From Octopus sinensis (lineage: Eukaryota), in NCBI RefSeq assembly GCF_006345805.1, contig NW_021833453.1, positions 1 through 64,000 on the forward strand: a stretch of DNA of 64,000 nucleotides. Direction: 5' to 3'. Under the pieces are notes generated by a model, which was not told the origin of the DNA, did no database searches, and saw only the letters and a list, made by a program, of their open reading frames with translations. This document shows, one piece after another, positions 33,089-45,600 of this stretch (positions are counted from its first letter, which is position 1; each line of letters starts with the position of its first letter). The translations under genes were made by a program, and so were the position numbers.

Positions 33089-36000
33089 TATGCACGATGA
33101 CCTCCCTAAGACCATTCAGCTACAGGCTGGAAGGGAACCCTGCACCAGATGACTGAACATGATAAACGAAAATCTCCAGAAATTTGATATAATCTTGGGT
33201 GATTTAGAGGCACTGGTACAGGGTTGGCAGGGATGGGAAGCATTATTGGACTTGGTCAGCTCTATGCACGATGACCTCCCCAAGACCATTCAGCTACAGG
33301 CTGGAAGGGACCCCATGACAAGCCCTGCACCAGATGGCTGAACGTGATAAACGATGATCTCAAGAGGTTTGATATAATCTTGGGTGATACAGATGCACTA
33401 GTACAGGGTTGCCAGGGATGGGAAGAATTATTGGACTTGGTCAGCTCTACGCCCGATGACCTCCCCAAGACCATTCAGCTACAGGCTTGAAGGGACCCCA
33501 TGGCAAGCCCTGCACCAGATGTCTGAACATGATAAAGAATGATCTTCAGAGGTTTGATATAATCTTGGGTGATGCAGAGGCACTGGTGCAGGGTTGCCAG
33601 GGATGGGAAGCATTATTGGACTTGGTCAGCTCTGTGCACGATGACCTCCCTAAGACCATTCAGCTACAGGCTGGAAGGGTCCCCAAGGCAAGCCCTGCAC
33701 CAGATGGCTAAACATGATAAACGATGATCTCAAGAGGTTTGATATAATCTTGGGTGATACAGATGCACTGGTACAGGGTTGCCAGGGATGGGAAGCATTG
33801 TTGGACTTGGTCAGCTATATGCACGATGACCTCCCTAAGACCATTCAGCTACAGGCTGGAAGGGACCCCATGGCAAGCCCTGCACCAGATGTCTGAACAT
33901 GATAAAGAATGATCTTCAGAGGTTTGATATAATCTTGGGTGATGCAGAGGCATTGGTGCAGGGTTGCCAGAGATGGGAAGCGTCATTGGACTTGGTCAGC
34001 TATATGCACGATGACCTCCCTAAGACCATTCAGCTACAGGCTTGAAGGGACCCAATGGCAAGCCCTGCACCAGATGGCTGAACTTGATAAACGATGATCT
34101 CAAGAGGTTTGATATAATCTTGGGTGATGCAGGGGCACTGGTACAGGGTTGGCAGGGATGGGAAGCATTATTGGACTTGGTCAGCTCTATGCACGATGAC
34201 CTCCGCAAGACCATTCAGCTACAGGCTTGAAGGGACCCCAAGGATAGCCCTGCACCAGATGACTGAACATGATAAATGAACATCTCCAGATGTTTGATAT
34301 AATCTTTGGTGATGCAGGGGCACTGGTACAGGGTTGCCAGGGATGGGAAGAATTATTGGACTTGGTCAGCTCTATGCACGATGACCTCCCTAAGACCATT
34401 CAGCTACAGGCTGGAAGGGACCCCATGGCAAGCCCTGCACCAGATGGCTAAACATGATAAACGATGATCTCCAGAGGTTTGATATAATCTTGGGTGATGC
34501 AGAGGCACTGGTACAGGGTTGCAAGGGATGGGAAGCATTATTGGACTTGGTCAGCTATATGCACGATGACTTCCCTAACACCATTCAGCTACAGGCTTGA
34601 AGGGACCCCATGGCAAGCCCTGCACCAGATGTCTGAACATGATAAACGATGATCTTAAGAGTTTGATATAATCTTGGGTGATACAGAGGCATTGGTACAG
34701 GGTTGCCAGGGATGGGAAGAATTATTAGACTTGGTCAGCTCTATGCCCGATGACCTCCCCAAGACCATTCAGCTACAGTCTGGAAGGGACCCCATGGCAA
34801 GCCCTGCACCAGATGGCTAAACATGATAAACGATGATCTCAAGAGGTTTGATATAATCTTGGGTGATACAGAGGCATTGGTACAGGGTTGCCAGGGATGG
34901 GAAGAATTATTGGACTTGGTCAGCTCTATGCACGATGACCTCCCTAAGACCATTCAGCTACAGTCTGGAAGGGACCCCATGGCAAGCCCTGCACCAGATG
35001 GCTAAACATGATAAACGATGATCTCCAGAGGTTTGATATAATCTTGGGTGATGCAGAGGCACTGGTACAGGGTTGCAAGGGATGGGAAGCATTATTGGAC
35101 TTGGTCAGCTATATGCACGATGACTTCCCTAACACCATTCAGCTACAGGCTTGAAGGGACCCCATGGCAAGCCCTGCACCAGATGGCTGAACATGATAAA
35201 CGATGATCTTAAGAGGTTTGATATAATCTTGGGTGATACAGAGGCATTGGTACAGGGTTGCCAGGGATGGGAAGAATTATTAGACTTGGTCAGCTCTATG
35301 CCCGATGACCTCCCCAAGACCATTCAGCTACAGGCTGGAAGGGACCCCATGGACAGCCCTGCACCAGATGGCTAAACATGATAAACGATGATCTCAAGAG
35401 GTTTGATATAATCTTGGGTGATACAGAGGCATTGGTACAGGGTTGCAAGGGATGGGAAGCATTATTGGACTTGGTCAGCTATATGCACGATGACTTCCCT
35501 AACACCATTCAGCTACAGGCTTGAAGGGACCCCATGGCAAGCCCTGCACCAGATGGCTGAACATGATAAACGATGATCTCCAGAGGTTTGATATAATCTT
35601 GGGTGATGCAGAGGCACTGGTACAGGGTTGCAAGGGATGGGAAGCATTATTGGACTTGGTCAGCTCTATGCACGATGACCTCCCTAAGACCATTCAGCTA
35701 CAGGCTGGAAGGGTCCCCATGGCAAGCCCTGCACCAGATGGCTAAACATGATAAACGATGATCTCAAGAGGTTTGATATAATCTTGGGTGATGCAGAGGC
35801 ACTGATGCAGGGTTGCCAGAGATGGGAAGCATCATTGGACTTGGTCAGCTATATGCACGATGACCTCCCTAAGACCATTCAGCTACAGGCTTGAAGGGAC
35901 CCCATGGCAAGCCCTGCACCAGATGTCTGAACATGATAAAGAATGATCTCAAGAGGTTTTATATAATCTTGTGAGATGCAGAGGCACTGGTACAGGGTTG

Positions 36001-36797
36001 CCTAGGGATGGGAAGAATTATTGGACTTGGTCAGCTCTATGCCCGATGACCTCCCCAAGACCATTCAGCTACAGGCTTGAAGGGACCCCATGGCAAGCCC
36101 TGCACCAGATGTCTGAACATGATAAAGAATGATCTTCCGAGGTTTTATATAATCTTGGGTGATGCAGAGGCACTGGTACAGGGTTGCCTAGGGATGGGAA
36201 GAATTATTGGACTTGGTCAGCTCTATGCCCGATGACCTCACCAAGACCATTCAGCTACAGGCTTGAAGGGACCCCATGGCAAGCCCTGCACCAGATGTAT
36301 GAATATGATAAAGAATGATCTTCAGAGGTTGATATAATCTCTGGTGATGCAGAGGCACTGGTGCAGGGTTGCCAGAGATGGGAAGCGTCATTGGACTTGG
36401 TCATCTATATGCACGATGACCTCCCTAAGACCATTCAGCTACAGGCTGGAAGGGACCCCATGGCAAGCCCTGCACCAGATGGCTGAACTTGATAAACGAT
36501 GATCTCAAGAGGTTTGATATAATCTTGGTGATACAGAGGCATTGGTACAGGGATGCCAGGAATGGGAAGCATTATTGGACCTGGTCAGCTCTATGCACGA
36601 TGACCTCCCTAACACCATTCAGCTACAGGCTGGAAGGGACCCCAAGGATAGCCCTGCACCAGATGACTGAACATGATAAATGAACATCTCCAGATGTTTG
36701 ATATAATCTTTGGTGATGCAGGGGCACTGGTACAGGGTTGGCAGGGATGGGAAGCATTATTGGACTTGGTCATCTCTATGCACGATGACCTCCCTAA
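33089..36797 (+). repeat. 185-bp GC-richer satellite, block 2 (~20 monomers)
   Basis: Period 185 (e.g. 33159, 33344, 33529, 33714, 33899). Variants recur at 370 bp and at ~2404 bp (34241/36645). Confidence 0.98.
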
Positions 36798-38700
36798 GAC
36801 AGACACAAAAGACTCTTAAAAGACATTTAAAAAGACATAAAAAATATTTTTGTTTTCTCTGTGTTTTATAAGAACTTATAAAACACAGACAAAACAAAAA
36901 TAAGAAAACAAAAATAAGAAAAAAAATAAGAAAAAAATATGCAAAAATAACACAAAAAACACAAAACAATACCAAAATGTCACTAAAGTGTTAAAAGTTT
37001 TCAGGTTAGAAAATGTCAAAATATTGCAAATATGTACTAAATTAAAACAAATTTCAATTGGCAATTTTGATCACTGTGTTATGCTTATTTGCAATACTTT
37101 GACACATTCTGAAAACTTCTGAGATATGAATAAAACGTGTCTAAATATTGCAAATAATTTCTAAACAATCAGAAAATTGAATTAGCAATTTTGGTCACTT
37201 TTTTATGCTTCTTTGCAATATTTTGATACATTTTGTTTTCTGAAACTTTTGTGAATTGTATGATCTCTCGTTAACTGGTTGATTATAAGATTATATTTAT
37301 CCAAGAGATCACTGAATTCTCGAACGTTCTCAGGCTACAAAATGTGAACAAAATTGCAAATTGAAATTTGTTGTCTTTTAGTACATATTTGCAATAATTT
37401 GACACATTTTGTATCCTAAAAAATTTTGACATTTTTTTATCTATTTCATAAATATAATCAGCTAACTTGTATTTACACTAGAGATCACACAAGTTTGTTG
37501 TTTTTTCGCACTTATTCACAATATTTTGACATATTTTGTATCCTGGAAACTTTTCACAATTTGGTGATCTCTTTGATAAATATAATCTTATTATTTACCG
37601 AAGAGATCACAGTTTTTGTGCTTAGTTTGTGTGAGTTTTGTTTTATTTTGTTTCACATGTCTTTTGTGTCAGTTTTTTGTGACTTTTGTGTTTTAAGTGT
37701 CTTTTGAGTGTTTTTATTTGTTTTCTGTGTATTTTGTGTGTGTTTTCAAAATTGCTAATTTAAATTTGCAATATTGTATCCTGAAAACTTTTGATAAATT
37801 TAATTTTTTTATACACAAGAGATCACTGAATTCATAAAAGCTTTCAGAAAAATAAAACCTGTCAAATAAGCATAACAAATTGAACAAAATTGCTATTTCA
37901 AATTTGTTGTTTTTTAGTACTTATTTGCAATATTTTAACGTATTTTTTTAATCTGAAAACTTTTGACAATTTAGTGATCTCTTTGATAAATCTAATCTTA
38001 TCAATCAGCTGTTACATTTATCCATGAGTTCACTCAATTCATAAAAACTTTTCAGAAAATAAAATGTGCCAAAATATTGGAAATAAGCAAAAAAATCTGA
38101 ACAAAATTGCAAATTTAAATTAAACTTTTGATACTTCTGTGATCTCTGATAAATATAATCAGTTTTACCAAATAGAGAAAACAAAATGTGTCAAAATATT
38201 GCAAATAAGCATAAAAAAGTGAACCACGTTGCTAATTCAAATTTGTACTTCTTTAGTATATGCAATATTTTAAAACATTTTGTATCCTGAAATCTTTTGA
38301 TACTTTAATGATCTCTTTGATAGATATAATCTCTAAGAAACAAATTTGAATTAGCAACTTTGTTCACTGCTTAGTGTTTGGGTAATAAAATTATATTTAT
38401 CACAGAGATCACTAAGGTTTTCAGAATAGAAAATGTGTCGAGATATTGCATAAAAAAAACAAATTTAAATTAGCAAACTTTTGTGATTTCAGTGATCTCT
38501 TGGGAAAATCTTTAATAAGATTATAATAAGATTACATTTATATAAGTATTCACTAAACTTTTCAGAATACAAAATGGGTCAAATATTGCAAATGGGTATT
38601 AAAAAAACAACAAATTTGAATTAGCAAATTTTGTTCATTTTTTATGCTTATTTGCAATATTTTGACACGTTTTGTATCCTGAAAAGTTTTCAAGATACAC
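36798..38700. repeat. AT-rich spacer of diverged 141-bp-satellite fragments in mixed orientation
   Basis: For example aaaagttttcaggttagaaaatgtcaaaatattgcaaat at ~36990-37030, with inverse motifs (ttttgacacattttgtatcctgaaa) further on. Confidence 0.8.
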
Positions 38701-38704
38701 AATG

Positions 38705-39686
38705 TATCAGTGCCTCTGATTCACCCAAGATTATATCAAACTTCTGGAGATCATTGTTTATCATGTTTAGTCATCTGGTGCAGAGCTTGCCGTGGCGTCC
38801 CTTCGAGCTTATAGCTGAATGGTCTTAGGGATGTCATCGTGAACAGAGCATACCAGGTCAAATAATGGTGCCCATCCCTGGCAAACCTGCACCAGTGCCT
38901 CTGCATAACCGAAGATTATATCAAACCTCTGTAGATCATTGTTTATCATGTTCAGACATCCGGTGCAGGGCTTGCCATGGAGCCCCTTCCAGCCTGTAGG
39001 TGAATGGTTTAGGGAGGTCATCGTGAACAAAGATGACCAGGTCCAATGATGCTCCCAATCCCTGGCAAAACTGCACCAGTAGCTCTGCATCACCCAAGAT
39101 TATATCAAACCTCTGAAGATCATTCTTCATCATGTTCAGACATCTGGTGCAGGGCTTGTCATTGGGTCCCTTCCAGCCTGTAGCTGAATAGTCTTAGGGA
39201 GGTCATCGTGCACAGAGCTGACCAGGTCCAATGATGCTTCCCAACTCTGAATAAAACCAGACCAGTACCTCTGCATCATCCAAGATTATATTAAACATCT
39301 GGAGATCATCGTTTATCATGTTCAGTAATCAGGTGCAGGGCTTGCCATGGGATCCTTTCAGCCTGTAGCTGAATGGTCTTAGGGAGGTCATCGTGCACAG
39401 AGCTGACCAGGTCCAATGATGCTTCCCATCCCTGGCAACACTGCACCAGTGCCTCTGCATCATCCAAGATTATATCAAACCTCTGAAGATCATTGTTTAC
39501 CATGTCCAGACATCTGGTGTAGGGCATGCCATGGGGTCCCTTCCAGCCTGTAGGTGAATGGTCTTAGGGAGGTCATCGGGCACAGATTTGACCAAGTCCA
39601 ATAATGCGTCCCATCCCTGGCAACACTGTAACAGTGCCTGTAAGTCACCTGAGATTATATCAAACCTCTGGAGATCATAGTTTATC
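38705..39686 (-). repeat. 185-bp satellite, block 3 (~5 more diverged monomers, inverted)
   Basis: Same monomer on the minus strand, with an abrupt junction to the 141-bp array at ~39687. Confidence 0.93.
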
Positions 39687-42600
39687 AAGTTTTCAGGTTA
39701 GAAAATGTCAAAATATTGCATGTGTACTTGAAAAAACAACAAAAAATTTAGTGATCTCTTAGCTAAATATGAATTAACTGATTGATAAACAGCTTATATT
39801 TATCCAAGAGATCACTAAAATCTCAAAAGTTTTCAGGTCAGAAAATGTCAAAATATTGCATATGTGTACTTGAAAAACAAAAAAAAATTTAGTGATCTCT
39901 TAGCTAAATATAAGTAAACTGAATGATAAAAAGCTTATATTTACCCAAGAGATCACTAAAATCGCTAAAGTTTTCAGGTTAGAAAATGTCAAAATATTGC
40001 ATATGTGTACTTAAAAAACAAAAAAAATTTAGTGATCTCTTCGCTAAATATAAGTTAACTGATGATAAAAAGCTTATATTTATCCAACAGATCACTAAAA
40101 TCTCAAAAGTTTTCAGGTTAGAAAATGTCAAAATATTGCATATGTGTACTTGAAAAACAACAAAAAATTTAGTGATCTCTTAGCTAAATATAAGTTAAAT
40201 GATTGATAAAAAGCTTTTATTTATCCAAGAGATCACTAAATTCGCAAAAGTTTTCAGGTTAGAAAATGTCAAAATATTGCATATGTGTACTTGAAAAACA
40301 ACAAAAAATTTAGTGATCTCTTAGCTAAATATATGTTAACTGATTGATAAAAAGCTTATATTTATCCAAGAGATCACTAAAATCTCAAAAGTTTTCAGGT
40401 TAGAAAATGTCAAAATATTGCATATGTGTACTTGAAAAACAACAAAAAATTTTGTGATCTCTTAGCTAAATATAAGTTAACTGATTGATAAAAAGCTTAT
40501 ATTTATCCAAGAGATCACTAAAATCGCAAAAGTTTTCAGGTTAGAAAATGTCAAAATATTGCATATGTGTACTTGAAAAACAACAAAAAATTTAGTGATC
40601 TCTTAGCTAAATATAAGTTAACTGATTGATAAAAAGCTTATATTTATCCAAGAGATCACTAAAATCGCAAAAGTTTTCAGGTTAGAAAATGTCAAAATAT
40701 TGCATATGTGTACTTGAAAAACAACAAAAAATTTAAAGCTAAATATAAGGTAACTGATTGATAAAAAGCTTATATTCATCCAAGAGATCACTAAAATCTC
40801 AAAAGTTTTCAAGTTAGAAAATGTCAAAATATTACATATGTGAACTTGAAAACAACAAAAAATTTAATGATCTCTTAGCTAAATATAAGTAAACTGAATG
40901 ATGAAAAGCTTATATTTACCCAAGAGATCACTAACGCAAAAGTTTTCAGGTTAGAAAATGTCAAAATATTGCATAAGTGTACTTGAAAAACAACAAAAAA
41001 TTTAGAGATCTAATAGCTAAATATAAGGTAACTGATTGATAAAAAGCTTATATTTATCCAAGAGATCACTAAAATCTCAAAAGTTTTCAGGTTAGAAGAT
41101 ATCAAAATATTGCATATGTGTACTTGAAAAACAACAAAAAATTTAGTGATCTCTTCGCTAAATATAAGTTAACTGATTGATAAAAACCTTATATGTATCC
41201 AATATATCACTAAAGTCTCAAACGTTTTCAGGTTGGAAAATGCCAAAATATTGCATATGTGTTCTTGAAAAACAACAAAAAATTTAATGATCTCTTAGCT
41301 AAATATAAGTTAGCTGATTGATAAAAAGCTTAACCAAGAGATCACTAAAATCGCAAAAGTTTTCAGGTTAGAAAATGTCAAAATATTGCATATGTGTACT
41401 TGAAAAACAACAAAAAATTTAGAGCTAAATATAAGTTAACTGATTGATAAAAAGCTTAGATTCATCCAAGAGATCACTAAAATCTCAAAAGTTTTCAGGT
41501 TAGAAAATGTCAAAATATTGCATATGTGAACTTGAAAAACAACAAAAAATTTAGTGATCTCTTAGCTAAATATAAGTTAACTGAATGATAAAAAGCTTAT
41601 ATTTACCCAAGAGATCACTAACGCAAAAGTTTTCTGGTTACAAAATGTCAAAATATTGCATATGTGTACTTGAAAAACAACAAAAATTTAGTGATCTAAT
41701 AGCTAAATATAAGGTAACTGTTGATAAAAAGCTGATATTTATCCAACAGATCACTAAAATCTCAAAAGTTTTCAGGTTAGAAAATGTCAAAATATTGCAT
41801 ATGTGTACTTGAAAAACAACAAAAATTTAGAGCTAAATATAAGTTAACTGATTGATAAAAAGCTTATATTTATCTAAGAGATCACTAAAATCTCAAAAGT
41901 TTTCAGTTAGAAAATGTCAAAATATTGCATATGTGTACTTGAAAAACAACAAAAAATTTAGTGATCTAATAGCTAAATATAAGCTAACTGATTGATAAAA
42001 AGCTTATATTTATCCAAGAGATCACTAAAATCTCAAAAGTTTTCAGGTTAGAAGATATCAAAATATTGCATATGTGTACTTGAAAAACAACAAAAAATTT
42101 AGTGATCTCATAGCTAAATATAAGTTAACTGATTGATAAAAACCTTATATGTATCCAATATATCACTAAAGTCTCAAACGTTTTCAGGTTAGAAAATGCC
42201 AAAATATTGCATATGTGTTCTTGAAAAACAACAAAAAATTTAATGATCTCTTAGCTAAATATAAGTTAGCTGATTGATAAAAAGCTTAACCAGAGATCAC
42301 TAAAATCGCAAAAGTTTTCACGTTACAAAATGTCAAAATTTGCATATGTGTACTTAAAAAACAACAAAAATTTAGAGCTAAATATAAGTTAACTGATTGA
42401 TAAAAAGCTTATATTCATCCAAGAGATCACTAAAATCTCAAAAGTTTTCAGGTTAGAAAATGTCAAAATATTGCATATGTGAACTTGAAAAACAACAAAA
42501 AATTTAGTGATCTCTTAGCTAAATATAAGTTAACTGAATGAAAAAAAGCTTATATTTACCCAAGAGATCACTAACGCAAAAGTTTTCTGGTTACAAAATG

Positions 42601-45600
42601 TCAAAATATTGCATATGTGTACTTGAAAAACAACAAAAAATTTAGTGATCTAATAGCTAAATATAAGGTAACTGGTTGATAAAAAGCTGATATTTATCCA
42701 ACAGATCACTAAAATCTCAAAAGTTTTCAGGTTACAAAATGTCAAAATATTGCATATGTGTACTTGAAAAACAACAAAAAATTTAGAGCTAAATATAAGT
42801 TAACTGATTGATAAAAAGCTTATATTTATCCAAGAGATCACTAAAATCTCAAAAGTTTTCAGGTTAGAAAATGTCAAAATATTGCATATGTGTACTTGAA
42901 AAACAACAAAAAATTTAGTGATCTAATAGCTAAATATAAGCTAACTGATTGATAAAAAGCTTATATTTATCCAAGAGATCACTAAAATCTCAAAAGTTTT
43001 CAGGTTAGAAGATATCAAAATATTGCATATGTGTACTTGAAAAACAACAAAAAATTTAGTGATCTCATAGCTAAATATAAGTTAACTGATTGATAAAAAC
43101 CTTATATGTATCCAATATATCACTAAAGTCTCAAACGTTTTCAGGTTGGAAAATGCCAAAATATTGCATATGTGTACTTGAAAAACAACAAAAAATTTAA
43201 TGATCTCTTAGCTAAATATAAGTTAGCTGATTGATAAAAAGCTTAACCAAGAGATCACTAAAATCGCAAAAGTTTTCAGGTTAGAAAATGTCAAAATATT
43301 GCATATGTGTACTTGAAAAACAACAAAAAATTTAGAGCTAAATATAAGTTAACTGATTGATAAAAAGCTTATATTCATCCAAGAGATCACTAAAATCTCA
43401 AAAGTTTTCAGGTTGGAAAATGTCAAAATATTGCATATGTGAACTTGAAAAACAACAAAAAATTTAGTGATCTCTTAGCTAAATATAAGTTAACTGAATG
43501 ATAAAAAGCTTATATTTACCCAAGAGATCACTAACGCAAAAGTTTTCAGGTTAGAAAATGTCAAAATATTGCATATGTGTACTTGAAAAACAACAAAAAA
43601 TTTAGTGATCTCTTAGCTAAATATAAGTTAGCTGATTGATAAAAAGCTTAACCAAGAGATCACTAAAATCGCAAAAGTTTTCAGGTTAGAAAATGTCAAA
43701 ATATTGCATATGTGTACTTGAAAAACAACAAAAAATTTAGTGATCTCTTAGCTAAATATAAGTTAACTGATTGATAAAAGCTCATATTTATCCAAGAGAT
43801 CACTAAAATCGCGAAAGTTTCAGGTTAGAAAATGTCAAAATATTGCATATGTGTACTTGAAAAACAACAAAAGATTTAGTGATCTCTTGGCTAAATATAA
43901 GTTAGCTGATTGATAAAAAGCTTATATTTATCCAAGAGATCACTAAAATCTCAAAAGTTTTCAGGTTAAAAAATGTCAAAATATTGCATATGTGAACTTG
44001 AAAAACAACAAAAAATTTAGTGATCTCTTGGCTAAATATAAGTTAGCTGATTGATAAAAAGCTTATATTTATCCAAGAGATCACTAAAATCTCAAAAGTT
44101 TTCAGGTTAGAAAATGTCAAAATATTGCATATGTGTACTTGAAAAACAACAAAAAATTTAGAGCTAAATATAAGTTAACTGATTGAAAAAAAGCTTATAT
44201 TCATCCAAGAGATCACTAAAATCTCAAAAGTTTTCAGGTTAGAAAATGTCAAAATATTGCATATGTGAACTTGAAAAACAACAAAAAATTTAGTGATCTC
44301 TTAGCTAAATATAAGTAAACTGAATGATAAAAAGCTTATATTTACCCAAGAGATCACTAACGCAAAAGTTTTCAGGTTACAAAATGTCAAAATATTGCAT
44401 ATGTGTACTTGAAAAACAACAAAACATTTAGTGATCTAATAGCTAAATATAAGGTAACTGATTGATAAAAAGCTGATATTTATCAAGAGATCACGAAAAT
44501 CTCAAAAGTTTTCAGGTTAGAAAATGTCAAAATATTGCATATGTGTACTTGAAAAACAACAAAAAATTTAGAGCTAATATAAGTTAACTGATTGATAAAA
44601 AGCTTACATTTATCCAAGAGATCACTAAAATCTCAAAAGTTTTCAGGTTAGAAAATGTCAAAATATTGCATATGTGTACTTGAAAGACAACAAAAAATTT
44701 AGTGATCTAATAGCTAAATATAAGGTAACTGATTGATAAAAAGCTTATATTATCCAAGAGATCACTAAAATCTCAAATGTTTTCGGTTAGAAGATATCAA
44801 AATATTGCATATGTGTACTTGAAAAACAACAAAAAATTTAGTGATCTCTTAGCTAAATATAAGTTAACTGATTGATAAAAGCTCATATTTATCCAAGAGA
44901 TCACTAAAATCGCGAAAGTTTTCAGGTTAGAAAATGTCAAAATATTGCATATGTGTACTTGAAAAACAACAAAAGATTTAGTGATCTCTTGGCTAAATAT
45001 AAGTTAACTGATTGATAAAAAGCTTATATTTATCCAAGAGATCACTAAAATCACAAAAGTTTTCAGGTTAGAAAATGTCAAAATATTGCATATGTGTACT
45101 TGAAAAACAACAAAAAATTTAGTGATCTCTTGGCTAAATATAAGTTAACTGATTGATAAAAAGCTTATATTTATCCAAGAGATCACTAAAATCGCAAAAG
45201 TTTTCAGGTTAGAAAATGTCAAAATATTGCATATGTGTACTTGAAAAACAACAAAAAATTAGAGCTAAATATAAGTTACTGATTGATAAAAAGCTTATAT
45301 TCATCCAAGAGATCACTAAAATCTCAAAAGTTTTCAGGTTAGAAAATGTCAAAATATTGCATATGTGAACTTGAAAAACAACAAAAAATTTAGTGATCTC
45401 TTAGCTAAATATAAGTAAACTGAATGATAAAAAGCTTATATTTACCCAAGAGATCACTAACGCAAAAGTTTTCAGGTTACAAAATGTCAAAATATTGCAT
45501 ATGTGTACTTGAAAAACAACAAAACATTTAGTGATCTAATAGCTAAATATAAGGTAACTGATTGATAAAAAGCTGATATTTATCCAAGAGATCACGAAAA

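Noticed and set aside
32812-39688. Many 60-74 aa ORFs as a tandem small-protein gene family
   Set aside because: They arise once per 185-bp monomer, are broken by a frameshift, and lack splice or promoter context. They are better explained as LINE-derived satellite.
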